A DNA stretch of 64,000 bases from Chiloscyllium plagiosum (GCF_004010195.1 NC_057719.1:67211065-67275064); one strand, 5' to 3'. Positions 11,607 through 25,934 are shown, numbered from the stretch's first letter. Made by a program: numbers and translations. Notes: generated by a model from the letters alone, not told the origin.

Positions 11607-13287
11607 TGTCCCACTAACAAGTCTCATCAATGTGAAAGTGGCCTTGTTTGTCCTACTCACTGTTTTCCATTTGCTAACCTATGCTCAATTCATTATCCCT
11701 AATCCCATGATCTCTAAGTTTATGTGATAACATATTGTGTGGCATCTTACAGGATGATTGTTGGAAAATACACTTTATATTAATTAGTTCCCCATTATTC
11801 TAATAACCTCCTTTCACCTGATCTTAGCCTGCTAAGCATATAATTAATTGACATCCCTCTCTCTTATTGTTCTTAAATAAAGGAGTGACATCATCAATTT
11901 GCCAGTCTAATGGCATGGTCACTGCACCAAGAGAGCTTTTAACAGTTTTAACAGAAGTATTATGTTCATCACCCTGAGGTAGAAATCATTGTGTCCTGGG
12001 GATTCAATCAATTTAAATTTCATTATTTTCTCGATCATTATTGTGCTCTAATATTGAATATGTTAACCTTTTCCTCTTGATTTTTCCACTTTTTGTCTTA
12101 TATTTTCTAAAATCATTTTCCTCTATTGTGTAAAAGATACAAGATATTTGTTTAATAAATTTACCATTAACACATTTGTTGTTACCATATCACCTTTAAT
12201 AGATCTTTATCTTACTGTTATAATGTAAATGTATTTATAAAATCTGTTACAATTAGTCTTTATATGACTTGCAACTTTTTATTACCATGATCACAACTAC
12301 AAATTTATATAGGTAGTTTCTTGGCCCTGTTATTTTTCGAATGTTTCAATTATAAAATAACTAGCATCAAACACAATAAAAGGTTAGTTTGTTACATAAC
12401 AATTGCTGAAAGTTACTAAGTAAAAGATGATACGGTTATCAGTTAAAATATAGAAACAAAGTATAAAAGTAAGGAAGGACAAAAGTTATACTTGGAAATG
12501 GAAATAAGCACAGTCTCTCATATTATTTCTATGTCTGGCTTGCTTGAAGATCATCTTTCTGGAGTGAAGTGGTTGAAAACTTGGAAATCAGATTCAGCAG
12601 CTGCAATAACATCTGTTGTCAAAGATTTGAATATTTCATCTATAGTGCAGAATTGGTTCCAAGAGGAAATGAAGACTCTATGGTTTTGCTTCTATGGTAT
12701 TACAGGTTGTGGCTGTTGACAAACTGGTTCAGTACAGAAATCCCTTACCCAGTTTGACTCCCTCTATTTCCCTGTTACAAAACCTCTGTCTTATTGTGTA
12801 TCTTAGTATTCTTCCTGGAGGACATCTGCCCAACGTGGTTGCTCACGGTCTGCCTTATGCAGGTCAGAAATTACATCAATTGGTATAATTGGCAAATTGT
12901 GCTTCAATTAAAGGTATTGGGTTGACCGAGGTCTGAGACATAGTGCCATCAACAACATGGACGGTGGTCATTATCAGGTGTAGTGATACAGGGAGAGCGA
13001 GTTACACCTCAGCAGAACTGTTATCAAGGTGTTTCTGTTTATGCTTGGAAATGCATATTGAATTTCAAAAGTTCTCTTGTAATTTCTTCCTAAGGTAAAT
13101 GCAGTCTAGTCTCAATACCAGTTGAAATTCACAAGGGAATTCATGTGATTTTTGAGATCCATTTTATAAGATTTGTTGACCATTTTAAAGACAGATTGGT
13201 TTTCTTTACAAATACATGATACTATAATTATACAGTTATAACAGTATCCACATTCCCTTTAGTAGCTCTAAATATTTTATTTTTCCA

Positions 13288-13620
13288 AACATAAGAGATA
13301 GGAGCAGGTGCAAGCCATTTTGTCCCTTCAATCAGCTCCCCCATTCAATGAGATCACAGTTGATTTTCTACCTCAGCACCCTTTTCCTGTGCCTGACATT
13401 TGAATATGTCGAAGACTATTGATCACAGTCTTGAATATACTCAATGATTGAATCTCCATAACCCTATGCGACAGAGAATGTAAAAAAAAATCACCCCTGT
13501 TTTAGTAAAGAATTTCTTCCTTATCTCATTGCTAAATGACCTTGTTCCTTTCTGAGATACCAACATGCCCCTCCCCCTCAACACTCAAAGGAATAATCTT
13601 TTCTGCATCAAATTTTAAGA
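13288..13620 (-). mobile_element. Old CR1 3' fragment
   Basis: aacataagagataggagcagg...ccattcaatgagatcac...aatttcttccttatctc resembles 205-540. Confidence 0.6.
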
Positions 13621-14009
13621 TCCATATTTTAAAAAATCTGTTTGAATTGAATCACTTTCGACATGTCTACTCCTTGAGTGATTTCTCAGACAATGTCTTG
13701 GCCTATTGAGTCACTTGGCTGGTTTAAAATTTATAAAAGTCTTAGAAGTTAACTGTCAGTCATCATCTAATCAGTACATTCTCTAAGATATCACCTGTAC
13801 CAGTCATAGTCCATGCAGTAATCAATTAGCACTTCCTTCTCATATGGTACAAATGTTGCTTTCCCTGTACTTGGTAATTGTTGGGAATTGCCTAGATGAG
13901 TGCAAGACAAAAAACTTTGTCAAAATGTTTATTTTTTCAGCAATACTCAAGTTCTCTACTTCATAGTGACTACATAGTGTAAGAAATATACTGCATTTCT
14001 GTTGTTTAT

Positions 14010-14640
14010 ATTGAAATGGATAAGTTCACATTTCTCCACATTATTTGCTATCTACTAATCTTTGTCCATTACTTAACTTCTGCCAAGTCCAATTAAAGTG
14101 TCATCCTCCTAACAGCTCACAATTACACCTAGTTTTGTGTATTCTGCCAACTTGGAAGTATTAAATTTAATCCACAAAGTTGATATATTACTATTGATTG
14201 TGAATAGTTGGTGCCTAAGCACTGATCTTTGCAAGATCTCACTAGCCACGAGTTGTCAACCTGAAAATGACCCATTTATTCCAACTCCATGCTTTCTGTT
14301 TGTTAACTTGTTCTCAATTCTTGACACAATATTCTGCCCAATCTGATATGCTATAGCTTTGTTTACCTGTATTTTGTGCAGGACCTTATCAAAAGCCTTC
14401 TGAAAATCTAAATATGTTTGCTAGTCTGCCCAATCTAACCATTACTTTTGAAGTGACCTGTTATCACATCCTTTATTATAAATTTTAGCATTTTCAATTT
14501 GACTAATGTTAGGTTTACAGGTCTGTGGTTCCCAGTTATCTCTCTTAAATAGTGGGGTTATACTGATCATGTTCCAATCTGCAGGAACGATTCCAGAGTC
14601 TATAGATCTTTGAAAGATTACTACCAAAGATCAATTATCT
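14010..14640 (-). mobile_element. Decayed CR1 RT fragment
   Basis: ORF 14442-14627 IFQRSIDSGIVPADW...ITPLFK; ttatcaaaagccttctgaaaatc is the reverse of DFQKAFDK. Confidence 0.75.
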
Positions 14641-14644
14641 CCAC

Positions 14645-17153
14645 AATCCAAAGAGATTCTACAAATACATTAAAGAGCAAGACGGTAACTAGAGAGGGAG
14701 GGTAGGGTCTCTTAAAGATCAAGGAAGTCATCTTTGTGTTGAACCCTGAGAGATGGAGCGATACTAAATGAAGATTTCACATTAGTTTTTACTGTAGAGA
14801 AAGAAATTAAGTCTATAGAATACAGAGAAATAAACTTTGATGTTTTACAAACAGTTCATATTCAGAAGAGGAAGTTTGGGAGGTCTTAAGAGATTATAAA
14901 ATGGATATACCTCTCTGACCTGATCTAATGTATCCCAGAATGTTGTGGGAAGTAAGACAGGAAATTATGAGACCTCTTGTAGAAATATTTGCATTCTCTA
15001 TAACTACGGGTGAGGTGCCTGATGACTGGACAGTGGCTAATGTTGTACCTTTGTTTAAGAAAGTATGTAAGGAGAAACTAGAAAATGATAGACTTGTGAG
15101 TCTGACTTCAGTTGTGGATAAATTGTTGAAGGTGATTATAAAAGATAGGATTTATGGACATTTAGAGAGGCAAAAATTGATTAAAGATAGTCAGCATGGT
15201 ATTGCTTGAATTTTTTGAGTAATTTACCAAAAAGGTTGATGATGGCAGAGCAGTAGACATTGTTTATTTCGGTTTTAGTAAAGCCTTTGACAAGGTTCCG
15301 CATGGTAGACGGGTTAGTAAAGTAAAGTCAAATGAGATTCAGGGTGAGTTTGCCAATTGGATACATAATTGGCTTAGCGGCAGGAGACAGAGAGTAATCA
15401 TAAACTCATAGAATCATAGAGAAGTACAGTACGGAAACAAACCCTTCGGTCCAACTCGTCCATGCCGACCAGATATCCCAACCCAGCACCCGGCCCATAT
15501 CCCTCCAAACCCTTCCTATTCATATATCCATCTAGATGCCTTTTAAATGGTGCAATCATACGAACCTCCACCACTTCCTCTGGCAGCTCATTCCATACAC
15601 GTACCGCCTCTGCGTGAAAAAGTTGCCCCTTAGGTCTCTTTTATATCTTCCCCTCTCACCCTAAACCTATACCCTCTAGTTCTGGACTCCCCCACCCCAG
15701 AGACTGTGTCTATTTATCCTATCCATGCCCCTCATGATTTTATAAACCTCTATAAGGTCACCCCTCAGCCTCCGACACTCCAGGGAAAACAGCCCCAGCC
15801 TGTTCAGCCTCTCCCTATAGCTCAAATCCTCCAACCCTGGCAACATCCTTGTAAATCTTTTCTGAACCTTTTCATGTTTTGCAACATCCTTCACTTAGGA
15901 AGGAAATCACAATTGCACGCAATATTCCAAAAGTGGCCTAACCAATGTCCTGTATAGCTGCAGCATAACGTCCCAACTCCTGTACTCAATGCTCTGATCA
16001 ATAAAGGAAAGCATACCAAATGCTTTCCTTACCAACCTATCTACCTGTGACTCTCCTTTCAAGGAGCTATGAACCTGCACTCCAAGGCCTCTTTGTTCAG
16101 CAATACTCCAAGGACCTTGTAATGGTGGACGGTTGCTTTTTGGACTGGAAGCCTGTCATCAGCAGTGTCCCACAGGGATCCGACTAGGTCTTCTTTTGTT
16201 TGTCATTTATGTACATGATTTAAATGAGAATATAGAAGGCATGGCTAATATGTTTGCAGATGACACCAAAATTGGTAGCATTGTAGACAGTGAAGAGGTT
16301 TTCTAAGATTAGAGAGATCTTGATCAAATGGTTCAATGGGCTGAAACATGGCAGATTGGAGTTCAAGCTGGATAAATGCGAGGTATTGCATTTGGTATAA
16401 CAAACAAGGGTAAGGCTTATACAATTTATGGTAGGGCCTTGGGTAGTGTTGTTGAACAGACAGACCTACGAGTGCAGGTACATAAATCTTTGAATGTTGC
16501 ATCATATATGGACAGGATGGGTAAAAAGGCTGTTTTGCATGCTTGCCTTCATTGCTCAGTCCTTTGAATATAGGAGTTGGGAAGTCATGTTGAGGTTGGT
16601 GAGGTCTTTTGAATATTGTGTGCAGTTCTGGTCACCTAGTTATAGGAAAGATATTATCAAGCTGGAGAGGGTTCAGAAGAGATTTACCAGGATTTTGCTG
16701 GACATGGAAGATTTGAGTTATAAAGAAAGGCTAGATACACTGGGACTTTTTTCACTGGAGCGTAGGGGGTTGAGAGGTAATCTGATAGAAGTTTATAAAA
16801 TAATGCAGAGTATAGATAGAGTGAATAGTAGTTATCTTTTCCCTAAGATGGGGGAATTCAAGCCTGGGGGCACATGTTTAAGGTGAGAGGAGAGAGAGAT
16901 TTAAAAAAGACGTATGAGGCAAATTTCTTGCACAGAGGGTGGTTCGCTTGTGGAATAAACTTCCTCAGAAAGTCATAGATGTGAGAACAGTTACTATGTT
17001 TAAAAGACATTTGGATAGATACATGAAAAGGAAAGGTTTGAAGGGATATGGGCCAGGAGCAGACAGGTGGGACTAGTTTAATTTGGGATTATGTTTGGTA
17101 CGGACTGGTTGGATGGAAAGGTCTGTTCCTTACTGTATGACTCTGACTCTATA
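14645..17153 (+). mobile_element. CR1/HER1 LINE ORF2-to-tail, split by a nested CR1
   Basis: ORFs 14928-15209 (VPDDWTVANVVPLFKK) and 16494-16886 (EYCVQFWSPSYRKD); FADDTK near 16252-16270; (tgactc)n tail; interrupted at 15399-16118. Confidence 0.92.
15399..16118 (-). mobile_element. Nested CR1/HER1 3' fragment
   Basis: ORF 15676-15894 (VQKRFTRMLPGLEDLSYRERLNRLGLFSLE); flanked by gtaat at 15394-15398 and 16119-16123. Confidence 0.9.
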
Positions 17154-18519
17154 ACCACCTCTTTTAACACTCAGAGAGGTAGGTCATCAGGCCTAATCAA
17201 TTTATCTCCCCATTCTTTTCTCTAGTATTGTTTCCTTATTAATATTATAATCTTATAATTCCTTGTTTAACTAATCCCTGGATTCTCCATTTTTTGGGGG
17301 GAAGTCGTTAGTATTTTCCTCCATGAAGACAGATGCAAAGTACTTTGTATCCCTTACTTATGGATTACTATTTGCCAGGGCATTTGCATTAGTTGCTTCT
17401 GTTAGCTTCATACTATGTCTTACGTGTCAAATTAAGTATCATGACTGTGCCACTGTCCTCTTTAGGACAAGTTTTTACATTGTATTGTCCTTAACACTTC
17501 TTCAAATACCTACCAGTGTTGTCCTGCATTTTCATCTGTTAGCGGTGAGTCTTGTTTAACGTGTTACTTTTCCAACTATTTTGTTTAAATTCAACTTTAT
17601 TTAAATCTAAATTCTAAGTTAATGCTTAACCTTTCTCCTTTTCAGAATTGATGATCAAACTTTATCATATAGTTGCTGTTTCCAAAATGTTACCTCATGT
17701 GCGAATAACAATGAATTAATTCTGGCTCACTCCTAATTAATAAGTATCTTGATATTACCTAGCGAGATTATGAAGAACGACCATGCAAAGGCCAGGCACA
17801 TTGAACAGAGGAATAGAATCTAGTGCCAGGAAATCTTATTTGCTGCCATTAATGTTTTAATGGTTGGTTATACAGTGGCTCTAGAAAAGATCTGATAGAA
17901 GATTCTTCAACTACTCAACATAGGATAATCTGGCATTAAAGGTATAAAGGAAGAAAAAAACATAGGTTAAATAAACATTCTTGTTAAGAATGAAAAGAAG
18001 CCAGCTATTAATATTGGATATGAGAAAGAAATTCTACCATTATCTCCACTGACATTCCTATCACAGATGCACTACCTAATTGGCAAATGGCAGTCTGATG
18101 TATTTCATACCAGATTTCTGGGAATTGTTATAAAACTCCAAGCTGATCAATGAGTTCAATTATGTCATAAATTGCAAGGTAGAAACTCCCCTGATCTTTA
18201 TTTGTGACTGGAACCCTGTGATGAGATTTTAGTCTTAAATTTCCTCAGGGTTATTCTTTCCTACTCAGCTTTCTGGATATTGGCTCATTCAATATTTTTT
18301 TTGTTGACAATGGGTAATGTTATTCATGCTGGAGGTTATAACTGCTCTAAGTTTATTCAGAAATCATGACCAGATGCTTTCCAGGATTGTAATATTGCCA
18401 CAAAGTTTATAGTTAAATACTTCTCTATGGTTAATAATTGCATGCAATGACCCCTTTTTTTCTTAAAACTGAGTTAATGTGAATGAATTGGTGTTAAGTA
18501 AGTGCATTAGGTTGAGAGA

Positions 18520-19168
18520 TACATTTAAAGGTAAAATGTGAATGCCAAGTTGTCACAGGTAGGCAGGACGGTTAAACACACTTGCCTTCATTGCTCAGAC
18601 CACTGAGTATAGGAGTTGGGAAGTCATGGTGAGGCCTCTTCTGGAGTACTAAGTGCAGTTCTGGTCACCATGCTATAAGAAGGATATTATTAAACTGGAG
18701 AGGGTTCAAAAAACACTTACCAGAATGTTGCTGGGAACAGAGGATTTGGATTATAAAAATAGGTTGGATAGGCTGGGGCGTTTTCCACTGGAGCATTGGA
18801 GTTTAAGGGGTGACCTTATGGAGGTTTATAAAATCATGAGTGGCATAATAAGTAAATATTATGGATCTTTTTCCTAGGGTGAGTGAGTTCAAAACCAGGG
18901 GGCATATTTTTAAGGTGAGAGGAGAAAGTTTTAAAAAGGACATGTGGGACAACTTTTCTCCATAGAGAGTATTCTGTGTGTTGAATGGACTGCACGCGGA
19001 AGTGGTCGATGCAGGTACAATTACAACATTTAACATACATGAATATGAAGGTTTTGGAGGGATTTTGGCCAAATGCAGGCAAGTTAGATTAGTTTAGTTT
19101 GGGGACATGGTTGGTGTGGACTAGTTGAGCCAAAGGGTTTGTTTCCATGCTATATGACTCTATGGCTC
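18520..19168 (+). mobile_element. CR1/HER1 3' fragment
   Basis: ORF 18653-18877 QFWSPCYKKDIIKLERVQK; tail ctatatgactctatggctc. Confidence 0.9.
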
Positions 19169-19344
19169 TTTCTAAACTTGTCAGGTCCGGTGGACTCAAT
19201 GACACGTTGGATTACAGACTGTTCTTTCATTTTACAAACGATATTTCATTGTAACATAGACTAAAGGGATCTACTTTCCTCTCCAAGGAGATTTTATGGA
19301 TGAAAATGAAATGACATTGAGTGATTTCAACCCAGGTTGACATT

Positions 19345-22300
19345 ATAGAGTCAGAGAGACATAGAGATAGCACAGAAACAGGTCCTTCGGTCTGACTTGT
19401 CCATGCTGACCAAATACCCTAACCTAGGTGAATTGGCCATGCTAAAGGTGTTAGGTGAAGGGGTAAATGTAGGGGAATGGGTCTGGGTGGGTTGCGCTTC
19501 GGCGGGTCAGTGTTGACTTGTTGGGCTGAAGGGCCTGTTTCCACACTGTAAGTAATCTAATCTAATCTAATCTAATCTAATCTATTCCCATTTACTAGAA
19601 CTTGGCCCATATCCCTCTAAATCCTTCCTATTCATATTCCATCTAGATGCCTTTTAAATGCTGTAATTGTACCAACCTCCACCACATCCTCTGGCAGCTC
19701 ATTACATACAAGCACCACCTTCTGTTTGGAAAGGTTGTCCCTTAGGTCCTTTTTAAATCTTTCCCCTCTCACCCTAAACCTATGCCCTCTACTTCTGGAC
19801 TCGTCCAACCCAGGGAAAAAACCTTGTCTATTTACTCTATCCAGGCCCCTCATGATTTTAGAAATTTGTATAAGGTCACAACTCAGCCTCTGACACTCCA
19901 AGGAAAACAGCTCCAGCCTACTCAGCCTCTCCCTGTAGCTCAAACCCTCCAACCCTAGCAACATCCTTCCAGTAGGAGGGAGACCAGAACTGCACATAAT
20001 ATTCTAAAAGTCCCTTATTAATGTCCTATACAGTCGCAACATAACCTTCCAACTCCTATCCGCAATGCTCTGACCAATAAAGGAAAGCATATCAAATGCA
20101 GCATTCAATACCCTATCTACCTGAGACTTTACTTTCAAGAAACTATGAACCTGTACTCCAAGGTCTCTTTGATCAGCAACATTCCCCAGGACCATACCAT
20201 TAAGTGTATAAGTCCTGCTAAGATTTGCCTTTCCAAAATAAGGTACCACATATTTATCTAAATTAAACTCCATCTGCCACTTCTCAGCTCATTGGCCCAT
20301 CTGATCAAGATCCCCTTGTACTTTGAGGTAATCTTCTTCACTGCCCACTACACCTCCAATTTTGGTGTCATCTGCAAACTTACTGACTATACCTCCTATG
20401 TTCACATCCAAATCATTTATATAATTGCCAAAAAGCAGTATATCCAGCACAGTAGAAAAGCAACCCTTGACCACCATCCTCTGTCTTCTACCTTTGAGCT
20501 AGTTCTGTATCCACATGGCGAGTTCTACCTGTACTCCATGAGATCTAAAGTTGCTAACCAGTCTCCCATGGGGAACCTTGTCGAACACCTTACTGAAGTC
20601 CATATACATCATGTCTACCATTCTGCCCTCATCAATCCTCTTTGCTACTTCTACAAAAAACTTAATCAAATTAGTGAGACATGATTTCCCATGCATAAAA
20701 GCACGTTGACTATCCCTAATCAGTCCTTACCTATCCAAATACATGTAAATCCTATCCTCAGGATTCCATCCAACAACTTACGCACCACTGATGTCAGGCT
20801 TATCAGTCTGTAGTTCCCTGGCTTTTCTTTACCATCTTTCTTAGACTGAGGCCCCATGTTAGCCAACCTCCAGTCTTCCGGCACCTTACCTGTGACCATT
20901 GATGATACAAATATCTCAACAAGCGGCCTAGAAATCATTTCTCTAGCTTCCCCCAGAGATCTAGGGTACACCTGATCAGGACCTGGGGATTTCTCCACCT
21001 CTATTCATTTTAAGACATCCAGCACTTCCTCCTCTGTAATATGGACATTTTTCGAGATATCACCATCTATTTCGTCAGATTCTATATCTTCCATGTTCTT
21101 CTCCCCAGTAAACACTGATGCAAATATTCATTTAGTAGCTCCCTTATCTTTTGACATTCCACACATTGGCTGCCTTGCTGATCTTTGAGGGGCCCTACTC
21201 TCTCCCTGGTTAGCCTTTTGTCCTTAATGTATTTATAAAATCCCTTAGGATTCTCCTTAATTCTATTTGCCAAAGCTATCTCATGTCCCCTTTTTACCCT
21301 CCCGATTTCCCTCTCAAGGAGACTTCTACTGCCTTTATCTTCTTCTAAGGATTCACTCGATCCCTCCTGACTATACCTGACATATGCTTCATTCTTTCTT
21401 TAACGAAAATCTCAATTTCTCCAGTCATTCAGTATTCCCTGCACCTACCAGTCTTGCCTTTCACCCTAACAGGAATATACTGTCTCTGGACTTTCATTAT
21501 CTAATTTTTGAAGGCTTCCCATTTTCTAGCCATCCCTTTACATGTGAACTTTTGAAAGTTCTTGTCTAATACCGTCAAAATTGGCCATCCTTCAATTTAG
21601 AACTTCACCTGTTAGTTCTGGTCTCTCCTTTTCCATCACTATTTTAAAACTAATAGGATTATGGTCATTGGCCCCAAAATGCTCCCCCCACTATCACCTC
21701 AGTCACCTGCCCTGCCTTATTTCTCAAGAGTAGGTCAAGTTTTGCATCTTCTTTGGTAGGTACATCTACATACTGAATCAGAAAATTTTCTCGTACACAC
21801 TTAACAAATTCCTCTCCATCTCAACCCTTAACACTATGGCAGTCGCAGTCTATGTTTGGAAAGTTAAAATCACCTACCATTACCACTCTATTATTCTTAC
21901 AGCTAACTGATATCTCCTTAAAAATTTGTTTCTCAATTTCCCGCTGACTATTGGAGGGGGTCAATAGTATGATCCCAATAAGGTAATCATCCCTTTCTTA
22001 TTTCTCAGTTCCACCAAATAATGTCCCTGAACGTATTCCCAGGAATATCCTCCCTAAGGGAACTGTAATGCTATCCCTTATCAAAAAATGCTACTCCCCC
22101 TCCTCTCTTGTCCACCTTTCTATCCTTCTTATGCCATTTGTATCCTAGAACATTAAGCTGCCAATCCTGTCCATCCCTGAGCCACGTCTATGTAATTGCC
22201 ATGATATCCCAGTCCAATGTTCCTAATCATGCCCTGAGTTAATCTGCCTTCCCTCTTGCCTTGAAATAAATGCAGTTTAATTTACCTTGTTTTCTGCTTT

Positions 22301-22930
22301 GTTCCTGCCTGCCCTGACTGTTTGACTTATTCTCTTTCCCAATTGTATCAGTCTCAGACTTATTTCTTTCCTCAATATCTCCCTGAGTCCCACCCAAACC
22401 CCCCCATCCATCTTATTAGTTTAAATCCTCCCAAGCAGCTCCAGCAAATCTTTCCACAGTATATTCGTCCCCTTCCAATTCAGGTGCAATCCGTCCTTCT
22501 TATACAGCTCACTTCTTGTACAGGTCAACCCCAGAAGAAATTCCAATTATCCAAAAATGTGAACCCTTCTCCTCAGCCGCACATTCCTCTGCTCTATCTT
22601 CCTATTCTTACATTCACTGGCTTGGAGCAACGGGAATAATCCAGATATTACTATCCTTGAGGACCATTTTTTAAAATTCCTGCCTGATTTCCTATATTCT
22701 CCCTTCAGAATCTCATCCTTTTTCCTTCCTATGTTTTGGTTCCAATGAGTAGAATGACTTCTTGCTGGTCCCAGTCCCCTTTGAGAAGATTCTGCACTCT
22801 CTCTAAGAGTTCCTTGATCCTAGCACCACGGATGAAACACACCATTCTGATTGCTCACTGTTGGCCGCAGAAACATCTGTCTGTGCTTCTGACTAGAGAG
22901 TCTCCTTACACAATTGATCATTTGGAATCT
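19345..22930 (-). mobile_element. Long CR1/HER1 LINE (decayed ORF2 with APE endonuclease and RT; probably part of ORF1)
   Basis: Minus ORFs KSPGPDQVYPR, GKSCLTNLIKFF, MDFSKVFDKVPH, SKFADDTKIGG; reverse of GDFNFPNID near 21850-21878. Confidence 0.92.
19425..19582 (+). mobile_element. 5'-truncated HE1-type SINE inserted in a CR1 tail
   Basis: aggtgaattggccatgctaaa...gggcctgtttccacactgtaagtaa(tctaa)n matches 11454-11606. Confidence 0.88.
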
Positions 22931-24513
22931 AAGTTGATCACATCATAAAAGTCAACCATAGGTCAGCATGGTGGATCTTAAGTTAGTTTTGTACTTGGCC
23001 AATCTTACGTTTTACATAATGGAAGCCACACAAAAGTATTCCATTATTTGGGATTTTATGATGAGCAGAAGTTATAATTTATTTTATTTCTGTTTAAATT
23101 GAGAAGCAAATGTACATGTTATGAAGAGACTGAGTATGTTGTCTTCCCATTAATACTTCTAAAAAAATTTTAAAAATTTCGAGGATTGTGCATTGAGTCA
23201 TTTAACTGTTTTCTTTCCGATCATGCTTTCAAATATGTGTAACTTGATTTGAAAGTTGACAATAAAAGATATGATAAAGCAAAAGTAGCATTTCCCAGTT
23301 CTGATCAATGGGGAACTGCCTCTCCTTAAATGATAAGTGAATGCAATGCTTCTTAGAGTATTTCTCCAATTATAATGATGCAATCTGGAAAGGACTTCTG
23401 TATGTTTGGGAAGAGGAATCAAATTAGCATTTCAGGAAAAATGCACACAACTTGCAATTCCCAGAAGAGCTTTGATCACTTTACAGTTAAAAAAACATAT
23501 ATTTTTCATGCAACATCTGGTTCATCAAAGTTCTGTAAAGAGATCTTAGATCCAAAGCATATGGAAAAAGATTTCCTTTCTATGCTTTTTTACGAATGTG
23601 TAATTTTAAATGGATTTACCATATTGATACATTAAGCACAAATTCTTCTAGTAATCTTTAACCAAGTTAAAAACAAAATATTATTCTATAAATTTTAGTT
23701 TTCATTGTTGATGGCATGGGTAATGATTCCTACAACGCAGCTGTGACTATATCCCTTGGAAAGTTCCATAAAAATGCAAATTCTTCTTTAGTCTTTTGTC
23801 CTCTGAGGGAACTGACTTCCAATAAGAACTAAAACTTTTGCTTTATAATTTTAGAACATTACCATAAAATTCTTCAGGAGGTAACGATTGTTTTATTCAG
23901 AGATTCCATAACTACCACAATTCTGAAAGCAATAAGATGAAATGCATTTGGATAAAATTTCCACTGTTGCCCACAGACTTATTGGAGCAGATTATGTTAG
24001 TCAGAGAGTGATCACAGAGTGTAATTGTAAAGTGTTGTTTAAGCAGTGTTACACTAGGAAGACTCTCTGCATCTTCTGTTATAAGCTGTAAATAATGAGT
24101 CATATGTTCTATATAGGGCTAAGCTTTTCCTTTGGTGCTGTGACTGAATTTATGTTATGCATGATTTCTGATGCTGGACTTTATGCTAAAAAAGCTATTC
24201 TGTACTAGAAAATTATATTAATTAGTGAGAAGATATACTTGATTTATCACATTTCATCACTAATTTTCATTTTGTTTCCGGATTAAATTGCTGCTATTGA
24301 ATTCAACTAGTCGCCTAATTATAGTATATTTGCCAAGGCAGGCAGTCAGTTATTAAAGAATGACTGAAACTATTTTCTGGGCAGAGCTGATGAATCAGAT
24401 GACTAAAAGAAGATGACACATTTATGCTTCATGCTTCTGCTATAACTTTACGGACCTTCTGAATCAGCAAACCCATCAAGAATTTCAATTGGATAACAAT
24501 TTAATTACTGACA

Positions 24514-25365
24514 TGAAATGCTGGAGAAACTCAGCAGGTCTGGCAGCATCTATGGAAAAGAAAACAGAGATAATTATTGAGTCCAATATAATTCTTCTTT
24601 GAAGGGTTTCCATATTCAAAGGATCATGCTCTGCCATTTCCGGCACTCCCAGCAGAATACCACCATCAAATTCATCTCACCATGCCACTCCCACCTCCCT
24701 TCCTCCTCCCCTCCCCCCCAACACATGTCAGGATTCCATGGAAACTGTTCACTCTGGTCCACTCTTCCAATTCTTCCTCATATCCCCACCATGCAATCAC
24801 AGAAGGTCTAACACTTGCCCTTTCACCTCCTTGTCAGTGTCCAAGGCCCCAAGCTTCCAGGGGAAGCAGCACTTTATCTGTATTTCATTTAATCTAATCT
24901 GCTGTATTCGCTGACCACAATGAGGTCTCCTTTACATTGGCGAGATGAAACACAGACTGTTTTGTAGAATACCTCTACTCTGTCAAATGAATGACTCTGA
25001 TCTTCTCATTGCTTGCCATCTCAATAAACCATCTTGCTGCCATGCTAACATTCCCATCCTGGGCCTGCTGCAGTGTTCCAGTGAAGCCCAACATAAGCTG
25101 AACGAATAGTTTTTTTTCTGCTTAGTGAGTTTAGAGTCTTCAGAACTGAATATTGAGTTCAACAACTTCAAACCTTGAACTCTGTCCTCCACTTTGATTA
25201 CACCACCACTGCACCACCCTCATCTCTTGATAAAAGAAGAAGAGTCATATTGGACTCAAACATTAACTCTGCTTCTCTCTCCTCAGGTGCTGCCAGATCC
25301 GCTGACTTTCTCCAGTATTTTCTGTTTTTATTTCAGATTTCCAGTGTCCACAGCTTTTTTGCTTC
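24514..25365 (+). mobile_element. Decayed Penelope-like element with inverted terminal copy
   Basis: tacattggcgagatgaaacacagactg = YIGEMKHRL near 24933-24959; 24514-24600 is an imperfect reverse complement of 25232-25325. Confidence 0.75.
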
Positions 25366-25934
25366 TAATGTAATTATTGATCCACACCTGGAATGAAAGG
25401 ATTCAGAGTCAATATTTTGTCAGTACAGATATTTTTGATAATTATTTGAATGATTGTTACATTTGCCTTCTGAAGCTGGGAGTGATTCATGCTTCATAAC
25501 AGGACTTTGGTCTTGGATGGTTGTTTGTAAACGTTAGCTCTCAATTCAGGTAGATGATTAGTGTTGGTTAGGAAAAGTATTCACAACTGCCTCTGCTGTT
25601 ATTTCCTTTTAGTATCAACTAGCTGCCAGCATGATGTAATGATGGGTAAAATACCACTGCCAGTGTGATCTGGACAGAGTGTTCCCTATATGTTAAACCT
25701 TGTAACATAACCATGTTAAGACAAATGTCTTGAATTTTATTAACAATATGATTTACAATAGTATACGATTTCAGACTTAAATATGGTCTGGTCTCTGTGC
25801 TTATTGACTACACAGATACAGTAACTGCAAGCAGGCTATTGTTATTACTTATCACTACTGAAGATGGGGCAGGTATCTTCATATTGGAATGTCATATGCC
25901 ATCATATGTGTTGAAGGCACCACTCCAATAAAAG

